DNA of 64,000 nucleotides from an uncultured Prevotellaceae bacterium (GTDB taxonomy: Bacteria > Bacteroidota > Bacteroidia > Bacteroidales > Bacteroidaceae). Positions 20,001 through 28,035 of this stretch are shown here, in pieces. Below the pieces are notes generated by a model that saw nothing but the letters and a program-made list of their open reading frames with translations, searched no databases and had not been told where the DNA came from. The stretch spans positions 56,432 through 120,431 of the forward strand of contig CASGAM010000020.1 in the NCBI GenBank assembly GCA_949299545.1, read 5' to 3'. A program made the position numbers and the translations under genes. How positions within the stretch are numbered: position 1 is the first letter of the stretch; each line of letters opens with the position of its first letter.

Positions 20001-20768
20001 GAAATAACATGCTTTGCGTGCATAATTGTTTATGCGATGGGCCATCGCCGCACCGGAAGTGTAGGTCCATTTTGTCAAACCGTTCCCATAGAATAAAAGC
20101 CCCTTTTCGTCACGGTAAAGCGGCACTTCTTCCAAGTCGTCGAAATCATTGTCGGCATCGATCACCTCATCCTGTACATGTCCTCCATAACCATAGAGTT
20201 TTACTCGGGAGGGGTCGTTAAAACCAATTTGTCTCAAAAAATCGGGGGTCAGGCGGTATACGCCGTCCGAGGTTATGCCGATTTTTACCCAACGACCTTG
20301 CGCAAGCACTGAATTTTCCGCGTAACGGGATGATGTCTGTCGTGTTGCGCCATTTGTCGCTCTTACAACAGGTTTGGGAGACTTTTTGACCGTTAGCTTG
20401 AAACTGAGCATTTTTTGGTAGTGACCGTCACGAAAGACGATCGGGAGGAACGATACATCCAGAAACCCTTTTTTACGTGAAACTTCCACGTTGGTTGTCA
20501 CATAGGGTGTGGAAGGCAAAGAATCTGTCAGTAACTGTAGCAAGCGTTGCGTTTCTTCTGCGGTTAACTTTTCATATTCTGGATATTCCAGTAAAACGTT
20601 GTAATTGTAAGATGTATAATCTTCTTCCAGCGGTATCACCTTGTTGTAGGGTCTCAATACGCTGTCTATTTTTAACGTTTCCCAGTCTATATATGTGAAT
20701 GTCTGGCCGGCGCCAATGGCAGGACAAACGAATAACCATATGAAAACTATGAACTTACAGATTCTCAT
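17010..20768 (-). CDS. porU: Type IX secretion system sortase PorU (C25 peptidase)
   Basis: SVLAQGRWVKI, IYNEFSSGTPD, NYTGHG, TAACD, LLGDPAL, GVGHNL, KAWDVMNNSS. Confidence 0.95.
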   Translation of the reverse strand: MRICKFIVFIWLFVCPAIGAGQTFTYIDWETLKIDSVLRPYNKVIPLEEDYTSYNYNVLLEYPEYEKLTAEETQRLLQLLTDSLPSTPYVTTNVEVSRKKGFLDVSFLPIVFRDGHYQKMLSFKLTVKKSPKPVVRATNGATRQTSSRYAENSVLAQGRWVKIGITSDGVYRLTPDFLRQIGFNDPSRVKLYGYGGHVQDEVIDADNDFDDLEEVPLYRDEKGLLFYGNGLTKWTYTSGAAMAHRINNYARKACYFLTEGDAPLSILLAELPTTEPEVLVNSWYDATLYKKEEFAWYSSGRNLYENYNYANGNQRTYSLTTHDANVSGTLQIAFTAASSTPTTVTPTVNGTTLATFTIGSLPEYTRAATGTSTYNIYLTGNTVDVTLTTTAGSDARLNYLKLVYERRFIMSQPYMTVAHNHTDVIEFLIDVNGRSNVVLWRLGRRGQPLVEIPSSNKEGNVWSYRVSNPASERYVAVDLDADYPAPEYVEDVANQNLHATGATDMVIIVPKSGKLTAQAQRLAEAHERIDGLRTIVVRADQIYNEFSSGTPDATAYRRFMKMLYDRAESEEDMPRYLLLFGAGVWDNRMYTAGLRSKNPDDYLLCYESENSVSETNSYVMEDYFGLLDDGEGNSLLTNKVDIGIGRFPVTTESEAGIMVDKTIAYMENKYAGAWKNTVCILGDDGDNNQHLEMAEEVASIIENEYPGMQVNRIYWDAYTREAGATGYTYPGAVSDIKRQMETGCLMMNYTGHGHARGLSHEFVLTLSEFNSFNSPRIPLWMTAACDVAPFDMNEDNIGETAVKHPTGSAVAFYGTARTVYAQQNVMMNRYFTRFVLGLNEYGQRNTLGDAVRLSKVNLVTPGGATDYTANKIHYVLLGDPALILGKPTLRVVVDSINGKKMDETADPAQFQAGSIAHISGHIEDGNGTHQTSFNGALTVTFYDSESLITCLNNSGADEAFTFTTRDKTLYNGRDSIRNGQFSLTFPVPLDIKYSSETGRMVFYAINNESTLEANGYNEHFVVGGTADDWETDNEGPQIAAYLNREGFIDGMTVNAEPYFVASLEDASGINTTGNGVGHNLELSIDNDPQQTYNLNSYFENDFGDYTRGTLAYSIPRMTNGKHTLRFKAWDVMNNSSEITLHFNVNGSLAPEIVDIFSTQNPATTSTTFVVQHDRPGTTADVKVEVIDLAGRVIWEYTESGTASDGICRIPWNLTTSGGGRLQTGVYLYRATVSTPDSKASSRTNKILVRCNK

Positions 20769-20775
20769 TCTCCAT

Positions 20776-21393
20776 TTATCTAATATTAAAGGCCAGCACT
20801 TTGCGTTCCTGTATATAACCTTCCAACCGTTGCCCTATCTGGACTGTTCCTACGCCCGGCGGTGTTCCCGTGAATATCAAGTCGCCGATTTTCAACGTGA
20901 AGAAGCGACTTACATAAGCGATTATCTCGTCTATCGGGAAAATCATGTCGCCGGAAAACCCTTGTTGCACAGTTCTTCCGTCAATGTCGAGATGGAAAGG
21001 AACCTGGCGCATGTCGGGTAATTCTTCTTTAGGAATAAAATCACCGATGACGGCCGAATTGTCAAAACTCTTGCATAACTCCCATGGCTTACCCTCGGCA
21101 CGGAACTTGCGTTGCAAATCGCGGGCAGTGAAGTCGATGCCAACCGTTGCTGCGTCATAGTATCTATGTGCGAAGCGTGGTGCAATGTTTTTACCTAACC
21201 GGCAAATGCGTACGACTAATTCTGTCTCATATTCACATTGTGCTGTAAAATCCGGAATAAAAAAAGGTTTCCCGTCTTTTAATAGCGCGGAGTCTGCCTT
21301 CATGAAAATTACCGGCTCCTCCGGTTTATATAACGTTCCATCAAGTTCTTTATTGTGTTCGGCATAATTCATGCCTACGGCTATTATCTTCAT
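20776..21393 (-). CDS. Fumarylacetoacetate hydrolase family protein
   Basis: MKIIAVGMNYAEH (start 21393), YETELVV, DFTARDLQ, GDLIFTGTPPGVG. Confidence 0.95.
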   Translation of the reverse strand: MKIIAVGMNYAEHNKELDGTLYKPEEPVIFMKADSALLKDGKPFFIPDFTAQCEYETELVVRICRLGKNIAPRFAHRYYDAATVGIDFTARDLQRKFRAEGKPWELCKSFDNSAVIGDFIPKEELPDMRQVPFHLDIDGRTVQQGFSGDMIFPIDEIIAYVSRFFTLKIGDLIFTGTPPGVGTVQIGQRLEGYIQERKVLAFNIR

Positions 21394-21420
21394 ACTGTTG
21401 TTGTTTTTAATATTATAGTA

Positions 21421-21428
21421 CAAATGTA
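21421..21428 (-). promoter_or_regulatory. -7 promoter element for FAH-porU-porV-ispF
   Basis: TACATTTG on the minus strand just upstream of the FAH ATG. Confidence 0.5.
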
Positions 21429-21490
21429 CGACAAGTTTCTTTCCTTTCAAAAGAAAAGATTCAAAACATGTGATGTACGAGACTGTGTGT

Positions 21491-21993
21491 TTCCTTCTCT
21501 ACAGACAGTTTTACGGAAAAAGGCTTCACTCCTTCACCATGCCTTTAATGTGTTGTCCTTCTGATTCTTACAGGTGAAGGACTTGTGTGTTCCCTTTTTG
21601 TTGAAGGCATTAATAAAGGTTTGTTTGGTCCAGATAAAGGGTGTCCCGTTTGCTCGTTTTGCATAATAAAGATGCCTTTGTATTGCGACAGGTCGCTTCT
21701 GCAACACGACCTGTCGCTTCTACAAGGCGACAGGTCGCAATTTTTGCAGCAACAGGTCGCAACTACAAGTATAAAAAGTAAGTTCCCCATCGGTTAAGAG
21801 ATTTATATCCCTTCCCATGAAAATGTCCATTTCTTTAAAGATATGAGATATATTTTAAAGGTGAGGATTTGATATAATAATAGAGGCAGTTTTTTATATG
21901 TTGTTCATCTGTAAGGGCCAGTAGGACAACACATTAATGACATGGTGAAGGAGTGAAGGCTTTTTCTGTGAACTTAACTGTATGGAGTGGGAA
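21491..21993. mobile_element. MITE-like non-coding element, copy 1
   Basis: 21513-21578 matches the reverse complement of 21904-21969 at 57/66 positions without gaps (core CTTCACTCCTTCACCATG). Has a central palindrome array and a homolog at 48643-49055. Mobility is inferred; no target duplication seen. Confidence 0.6.
21685..21760. repeat. Four 12-bp palindromes at 21/21/22-bp spacing
   Basis: GCGACAGGTCGC 21685, ACGACCTGTCGC 21706, GCGACAGGTCGC 21727, GCAACAGGTCGC 21749. Confidence 0.92.
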
Positions 21994-22058
21994 GATGCCT
22001 TTTAATCAAATTACCGGTTCCCATGAGATAATTGACGAGTACCGGTAATGAATCATAT

Positions 22059-22115
22059 CACTAAAATACCCCATGAAATGAAGGGGTACTTCAATTTTCA
22101 TGGGGTGTTTTAGTG
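22059..22115 (-). terminator. Long stem-loop downstream of the GH128-like gene
   Basis: CACTAAAATACCCCATGAAA vs TTTCATGGGGTGTTTTAGTG (19/20) plus an inner TGAAG/CTTCA pair. Confidence 0.55.
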
Positions 22116-22136
22116 GATGTTAAGATATTCGTAAGT

Positions 22137-24911
22137 TTATTTTATCACAACTTTTGTTTTCTGATTCTTGGTCTTTACAATATAAATGCCGGATGGTAAT
22201 GTGGCATCTGATGCAAATCTGATACCGTTACTATTGTAAATCTCGTAAGGTTCGTTGCCTTCTACCATTATTCTGCGGTTGCTTATGTACATTCGCGGCT
22301 GTTCGTTCTTAACATCTGTTACTGATGTATAGTTTGGATTATCACTTACTATAATCCATCCCATCAGGTCACCGTTCAGGATTGCATTGTCTATTGGCAT
22401 GTCTGTGTCTGTATTGTCAGTCTGTCTCACAATTCTTATTCCCGTACAAGTCTCAACAGTGTTGTCCTCGATAACGGTTTCATCAGTTAAGTAGGAAGTC
22501 AGTCTGTATATGGCTGCGCAATCATAATTGTTGGTTTGCGGTCCGCACAAAATATACGGATTGATAATAGTGTACGGTTCACCTTCTGCATTGTTGAAAC
22601 TGATAGAGCGTGGAATGACACCTCCGCCAACGCGCTCTGTACTTGTCCCAACCGTCAATAATTTGCTGCCGTTTTCTATCGTGGCTGTTCCGGGTGACGC
22701 TGCAACGTAGAATATTTTTGAACTTAATGAGGTTGTTGTTGCGTCCTCTAACTGGGCCTGACGCAGAATCTTAACGGCAAATCCTTCATTGGTTATATTC
22801 CATACTTTGGGCGTAAAGTTATTTTGTGAGGTGTTTTTTACGGTAGTGAAGACAACGGGTGTTACACCTTCAGGGAATGGTGTCTTAAAGTCTATCCACA
22901 TGGAGTCTCTTTTTATTCGTAGGTCAGACTCGGCAACTTCCATTGTGATGTTTCCATACTGGTGTTGTCCTGACCGCATTACCATGAAATCGGTAGATTC
23001 TGCCCTTGAAAGTGTTGTCTGGAAACCACCGTATTCCCATAACGCATATTTGTATACGAAAGTTTTGGCTGTTTGATTGATGGAGCGTAAGTCGTTGACA
23101 ATACCTGCACTTGAGTTCTTGTTGGATGTCAATCCCATAAATACTACAGCTTCTCCGTTTATTTCATTGAAATAGGTGGTATTCTCTTCTGTATTGTCAA
23201 TCTCAATACGGCCGTATTGCAGGTCTTCAGTACCATTCGCTCCGCTTAGAGATATGGAGATTTCATTTGTGTAGCGCTGTTCATTGTCGCAGTCATAATT
23301 GTGGATACGGTATGTGTAGGTTCCTTTTTGGAAGTCTGTAGGCAATACTTCTTCATATGAATATGCCTTTGCTTCAGAACATTCATATTTCTTGATCTTT
23401 GTCCAATCGCCATCGTTAATTTTCAATTCAAGGAATGCGGAATCGGTAAATTCCATATTGGCATTATTCCAAGTTATTTTTATTGTTCTGCTTCTTTCTG
23501 TATATTCAACAGAAAAATTGGATGGGGCTTTGTAGACTGCCTTTGGAATGAATTCGTACTCTTTTTTATAACCGATACCGGATTTCATGTTGGCGTAGAA
23601 CTCGCCTAAAATGGATAATCCGCCGTCTTTATATATTTTTGAACAGTCTGCTTCACTGTTCCAGTAGGCATAACGTTCAATGTAGTCCCATTTGTTAAGG
23701 TTTTCCAAGATAGGCTTCATGCCGTTGTAATTTATTCCTTGATTTTCCGTAGAGAATGAGTTCCTATCTGATACTGCACCGAAGATACCATTATTATTCC
23801 ATGAAGCCCCCCATACAAACTCAGAAATCCAAATGGGGCGTTTGTATCTATTGTACCACCCTTGAAGCTCATTAAACTTATCGGTTGGCCAATAACAGTG
23901 CATGTCAAGAATATCGCAGCGCCAGCCGCGGGCATCAATGGTATCCATAAACTCATATAACCAGTTAAGGCTACCATCATGTGATGACGGTGAGCAAAGA
24001 CGCTTGCCAGTAGCCATTAAATCTTCCCATGTAGCTAAAACGTCTTTAACCTTTTCTTCACCATGGTCTGCGGGGTTTCCAGGTTCATTGTTCGTTTTTA
24101 AATGAGGTGAATAGGTTAATGTACCACAATTACCCGGCCACGAAACCTCTATCTTATGAGGGACACATTCACAATCCATTCCTTTGTCCTCTCCTGGCCC
24201 GAATGAGTAGCACCATGAAACATTAAGCGCTTGAGTAGATTCCGTACGAGTGTCGTTCGCCAATCCTTTTTTTTCAGCATCATACCATTTGAAAATGCGG
24301 TATGAAGAAATACGTTTGTCTAAAACTGCTGGCAGTTCTGAAAACTCCAAGTCTGCGTCATCTGCAATGAAGCATCTGCTGTATCCGCGCCCACCGGGAT
24401 TATTGGCAAAAGTGACCATGTAGCCTCTTTTGAGTTTAAAACTGCGTATTTTATTATTAAGTTTTGCAGTGGACAATGAATTCATGTAGCCGCCTGAATG
24501 TTCAAGACCAAAATCGTTGACAGATTCACCTTCAAAGTTTTGTCCTGAGTAGACGGTCAGGGGTTTAATATCTTTGCTGTATGGGAATATAATAGCTCCC
24601 TCAGCATACATTCTTACTTGACAGTTCTCCTCGTTGGCAGCAGCTTCACCGTTAATATTGATAAAGCCTAAATAACTGAGTGCTTTGCTGGGCCGTATGT
24701 TTTTCAAGATAACTACGGCATGTTCGGTATTTGTTATATTGATGCTGCCGGTTGCCGTAAATGGAGTTTCGGCATCTGTAATTGTGTAATCTACATCTTC
24801 ACTGAGGGTTACGGCTTCTGTCACTTGTTCGATGGTAGTGACGACATTCTTTGCGAATGCTTTACTCCAAATGGATAAGGCAATCGCTAATATAAATAAT
24901 GTTTTTTTCAT
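22137..24911 (-). CDS. Secreted multidomain glycoside hydrolase (GH128-like/Glyco_hydro_cc, clan GH-A) with T9SS-type C-terminus
   Basis: Signal peptide; VSWCYSF, NNEP, DMHCY, RPIWISEF, IERYAYW; C-terminal YEIYNSNG...LPSGIYIVK...KVVIK. Confidence 0.75.
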   Translation of the reverse strand: MKKTLFILAIALSIWSKAFAKNVVTTIEQVTEAVTLSEDVDYTITDAETPFTATGSINITNTEHAVVILKNIRPSKALSYLGFININGEAAANEENCQVRMYAEGAIIFPYSKDIKPLTVYSGQNFEGESVNDFGLEHSGGYMNSLSTAKLNNKIRSFKLKRGYMVTFANNPGGRGYSRCFIADDADLEFSELPAVLDKRISSYRIFKWYDAEKKGLANDTRTESTQALNVSWCYSFGPGEDKGMDCECVPHKIEVSWPGNCGTLTYSPHLKTNNEPGNPADHGEEKVKDVLATWEDLMATGKRLCSPSSHDGSLNWLYEFMDTIDARGWRCDILDMHCYWPTDKFNELQGWYNRYKRPIWISEFVWGASWNNNGIFGAVSDRNSFSTENQGINYNGMKPILENLNKWDYIERYAYWNSEADCSKIYKDGGLSILGEFYANMKSGIGYKKEYEFIPKAVYKAPSNFSVEYTERSRTIKITWNNANMEFTDSAFLELKINDGDWTKIKKYECSEAKAYSYEEVLPTDFQKGTYTYRIHNYDCDNEQRYTNEISISLSGANGTEDLQYGRIEIDNTEENTTYFNEINGEAVVFMGLTSNKNSSAGIVNDLRSINQTAKTFVYKYALWEYGGFQTTLSRAESTDFMVMRSGQHQYGNITMEVAESDLRIKRDSMWIDFKTPFPEGVTPVVFTTVKNTSQNNFTPKVWNITNEGFAVKILRQAQLEDATTTSLSSKIFYVAASPGTATIENGSKLLTVGTSTERVGGGVIPRSISFNNAEGEPYTIINPYILCGPQTNNYDCAAIYRLTSYLTDETVIEDNTVETCTGIRIVRQTDNTDTDMPIDNAILNGDLMGWIIVSDNPNYTSVTDVKNEQPRMYISNRRIMVEGNEPYEIYNSNGIRFASDATLPSGIYIVKTKNQKTKVVIK

Positions 24912-24926
24912 GATATTGGTCTTTCG

Positions 24927-25934
24927 TTAGTTTTTGGTATTGGGAAATGCTTTAAGCAAACGTTTTAGTTCTTTTTTGGTAATCGGCATGACAGTGCCGT
25001 GACGAGGCGTGAAAGCGCCTTTTGTTTCAGTGTTCTGTTTGAACGTAAAGGTTTTCAGGTCTTTGCTGGTACAGAACTGATAATGTCCGTTCATATAGCA
25101 GTCATACATCAATACCCAATCACCGTCAATTAATCTGAATACGCCAGCACCTTCAACGGCTTCATTTGTTGTTTCGCAGGTACCGTCCTGAAGTTCCCAT
25201 GTGGAGAAGTCATGCAGATCTCTTGTGGTGAACTTGCGGATGCCTTTTTTGCGATCGCCTTCTGTTTTGAAGAAAACATGATAAACACCGTCTTCGTCTT
25301 GTACGATGTCTGTATCAATAGCTGCGTTCTTGAAATCAAACAGTTCTTTGGGTTCACCTTCAAGGTCTGTAAAGTCTTCATTGGCATAAGCCCAGAATAC
25401 TTTGTCATAAGGACATTTGCCGTCATCGGTCAGGATGGAAAAGTAAACCATGTATTTTTTGGCATTCTTGTCGTATATGGTTTGAGGTGCCCACACGCGT
25501 GTTACGTTGGCAAACATCGTTCCTGCGTATTTCTCAGGGAAATGTACCGTGCTGTGACTCCAGTTGACCATGTCCTTGCTGCGCATAAGCACCATGCCAC
25601 GGTTTGAACTCCATCCCTGGCTTGAGCGCATATCGGTTACAACCATATAAAAATAGCCGTCTTCACCCCTTAGTATATGGGGATCTCTGACGCCTTTTTT
25701 TAGTGAAATGGTATCAGATGAAATAACAGGTTTACCATCGTTGAGGGGAGTGTAGTTAAATCCGTCGTAACTTATTGCATAACAAATTTGTTCTTGCTCC
25801 GGTGCGTTTCCTGTAAAATAAGTAAACAAATAGGCCGCTTTCTTTTTGGCGTATGTAATGCCGATGTTTCCGCATGAAAGCGCTCCGATGACACAGATTG
25901 TTACAAACGTTTTAAGGTGACTCTTTTTCATCAT
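24927..25934 (-). CDS. Glycoside hydrolase family 43 protein
   Basis: Start MMKKSHL (25934); YLFTYFTGN, GVRDPHILRG, VWAPQ, IDTDI, VEGAG, PRHGTV. Confidence 0.9.
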   Translation of the reverse strand: MMKKSHLKTFVTICVIGALSCGNIGITYAKKKAAYLFTYFTGNAPEQEQICYAISYDGFNYTPLNDGKPVISSDTISLKKGVRDPHILRGEDGYFYMVVTDMRSSQGWSSNRGMVLMRSKDMVNWSHSTVHFPEKYAGTMFANVTRVWAPQTIYDKNAKKYMVYFSILTDDGKCPYDKVFWAYANEDFTDLEGEPKELFDFKNAAIDTDIVQDEDGVYHVFFKTEGDRKKGIRKFTTRDLHDFSTWELQDGTCETTNEAVEGAGVFRLIDGDWVLMYDCYMNGHYQFCTSKDLKTFTFKQNTETKGAFTPRHGTVMPITKKELKRLLKAFPNTKN

Positions 25935-26007
25935 ATTGTAAATTAGGTTAATATTTGAGGTCAAAAATACGAAAAATAGGTGCGTGAGTTTATAAATAGT
26001 TCTACTT

Positions 26008-28035
26008 TTAACTATTATTAACGCCGTCAATTCCGTCTCGCAATGATTTTGCTATGGCCCACTGTATGGCGGCTTCTTCCTCTTTGCCTGCTTGCATGAG
26101 TGCGTTGCCGAACTGTTCGTGGGCTTTCGCGTTTTCAGGTTTTATGGATGTTGCTTTATCCAAGTCTGACAGTGCTTTTTCAATTTCGCCGGTTTTGAGA
26201 AAGTATTTGCCACGCTGGTAGTATCCTTTGAAGTGGGTTGGTTTTAAGGATATGGCCATGTTGAAGGCTTCGAGAGCTTGTCCTGTGTCTCCCATGGAAT
26301 GGAGTGTGATTGCTTTTCTGATCCAAGCGTCGTAATAGCTTGAGTTGAGCGACAATGCCTTGTTGTAGTTCGCTATGGCTGCTTTGGAGTTATCGGCTTG
26401 TGTGATACAAAGGTTGCCCATATCGTAATACTCTTTGGCGAGTTGTGCCATTTGGGCTTTTTGGCTGTTGATGACCTGCTTCAGTTCTTTGTTTTCGGCC
26501 TTGAGAGTATTGATGATTTGCAGTTTCTTTATAATGAGCCTTTTAATATTGGGCTTTTCGATGTCGTAACGGCTATGAATAGCGATGAAAAAATGCCGGA
26601 GAAATTCTTTGAAGTCGCCTTTGTCGAAAGATTCTGTGCAGGCTTGATATTCAATGTCGGCTTGCGCTGTTTTCATTGCCTGCTCAATGTCCTCCTTGTT
26701 GTTGAACTGAGTGGAGAATTGGATGATTTCAGGTTTTACGAAAATATCAGATCGGTTGATATGTTTTTTTAAGATGATGCCTTCCAACGAGGTGCATCTG
26801 CTGAGTGCAACGTATGCCTGCCCTCCGGCGAAAACGCCCCCGGTGAAATCGATAGTCACATTGCGGAATGTAAGTCCTTGGCTCTTGTGGATGGTGATAG
26901 CCCATGCAAGGCGTATGGGAAACTGTATGAATACGCCGATTTCCTCTTCTTCGATTTTGTTTTCTTTTTCGTTATAGGTATAACGCAGGTTGCTCCATGC
27001 CTCACGTAAGACGCTCACTTCATTGCCGTTTTCAATGATAACGTTCAGGTGTTCTCCGTCATCGTCAATGGAAGACACAATACCTAAACTTCCATTAACC
27101 CATCTTTTTTGGACGTCGTTCTTGACGAAAATGATTTGGGCGCCGGTTTTTAGTTCTAACCGCATTTGTGTGGGCAATGCAGACTCAGGGAAATCACCTT
27201 TTATTTCGCCGACAAATACAGACGGTTCGCCTTCTATCTCCTCTAATCTTTTTTGATTGATGAAGTCGACGTTTTCCCGTTTGGTAGCTAAAGTGATGTT
27301 GAAGTCGTGATTTTCCTTTGGAGAGATGGTAGAAGGCGCGAGACGCGTATTAAGAAGTTGCAGGTCTGCTTGGCTGACGGTGTTTTGTCGGATATGGTCT
27401 AAGACGGCAATGAAGGCTTTGTCCTTTTGTCGGTAAACTTTCTTTAGTTCGATGCAGACCATTTTCATTTCTGTAAAAACACGTGCCGTGAAGAAATAGG
27501 GATTCTGATAAAAACGGTTCAGAATCTCCCGTTCATCACCTTTTACGACAGGCTCCAGCTGGAAAATGTCGCCGACGAAAAGGAGTTGTTTGCCTCCGAA
27601 TGGTTCACGCATGTTTTGGCTGTAGAGCCGTAATATCTTATCGATAAAATCAATGATATCTGCACGTACCATTGAAATCTCATCAATAATAATTAATTCA
27701 ACTTCCTTGAGCAGTTTGCGATGGCTGGCGCTGTATTTGAGATATTCCTTGAGTCTTCTGTAGCTGAACTGCGGGTCATCAGGCAAGATCGGGTGAAAAG
27801 GAATTTTGAAGAAACTGTGCAGGGTGCTTCCGCCAATATTGATGGCTGCGATGCCGGTAGGTGCCAAAACGACATGTTTCTTTTTAGTGTGTTCGCAGAT
27901 ATATCGTAGTAGGGTTGACTTGCCGGTGCCGGCTTTTCCCGTAAGAAATATAGAGTTATGGGTATATTGTACTAATTTCAGGGTGTCCTGAAATTCACGG
28001 TTATGGATGTCTATGTCTGTTTCCTTATTTGTCAC
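26008..28035 (-). CDS. PIF1-like SF1 helicase with C-terminal TPR repeats
   Basis: GKAGTGKST, IIDEISM, GDIFQL, ITIHKSQG, YVALSR; TPR-like tail. Confidence 0.9.
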   Translation of the reverse strand: MTNKETDIDIHNREFQDTLKLVQYTHNSIFLTGKAGTGKSTLLRYICEHTKKKHVVLAPTGIAAINIGGSTLHSFFKIPFHPILPDDPQFSYRRLKEYLKYSASHRKLLKEVELIIIDEISMVRADIIDFIDKILRLYSQNMREPFGGKQLLFVGDIFQLEPVVKGDEREILNRFYQNPYFFTARVFTEMKMVCIELKKVYRQKDKAFIAVLDHIRQNTVSQADLQLLNTRLAPSTISPKENHDFNITLATKRENVDFINQKRLEEIEGEPSVFVGEIKGDFPESALPTQMRLELKTGAQIIFVKNDVQKRWVNGSLGIVSSIDDDGEHLNVIIENGNEVSVLREAWSNLRYTYNEKENKIEEEEIGVFIQFPIRLAWAITIHKSQGLTFRNVTIDFTGGVFAGGQAYVALSRCTSLEGIILKKHINRSDIFVKPEIIQFSTQFNNKEDIEQAMKTAQADIEYQACTESFDKGDFKEFLRHFFIAIHSRYDIEKPNIKRLIIKKLQIINTLKAENKELKQVINSQKAQMAQLAKEYYDMGNLCITQADNSKAAIANYNKALSLNSSYYDAWIRKAITLHSMGDTGQALEAFNMAISLKPTHFKGYYQRGKYFLKTGEIEKALSDLDKATSIKPENAKAHEQFGNALMQAGKEEEAAIQWAIAKSLRDGIDGVNNS

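Noticed and set aside
21685-21760. CRISPR array
   Set aside because: Repeats are 12 bp with 9-10 nt spacers, far too short, and there are no cas genes.
21545-21797. Short ORFs inside the repeat elements (also 48754-48999)
   Set aside because: They arise from the stop-free 21-bp repeats, the repeat register shifts frame, and the two copies share no protein similarity outside the repeats.
26008-28035. Helicase-TPR as a defence system
   Set aside because: A common Bacteroidales housekeeping-context gene coupled to PBP1A, with no partner defence genes.
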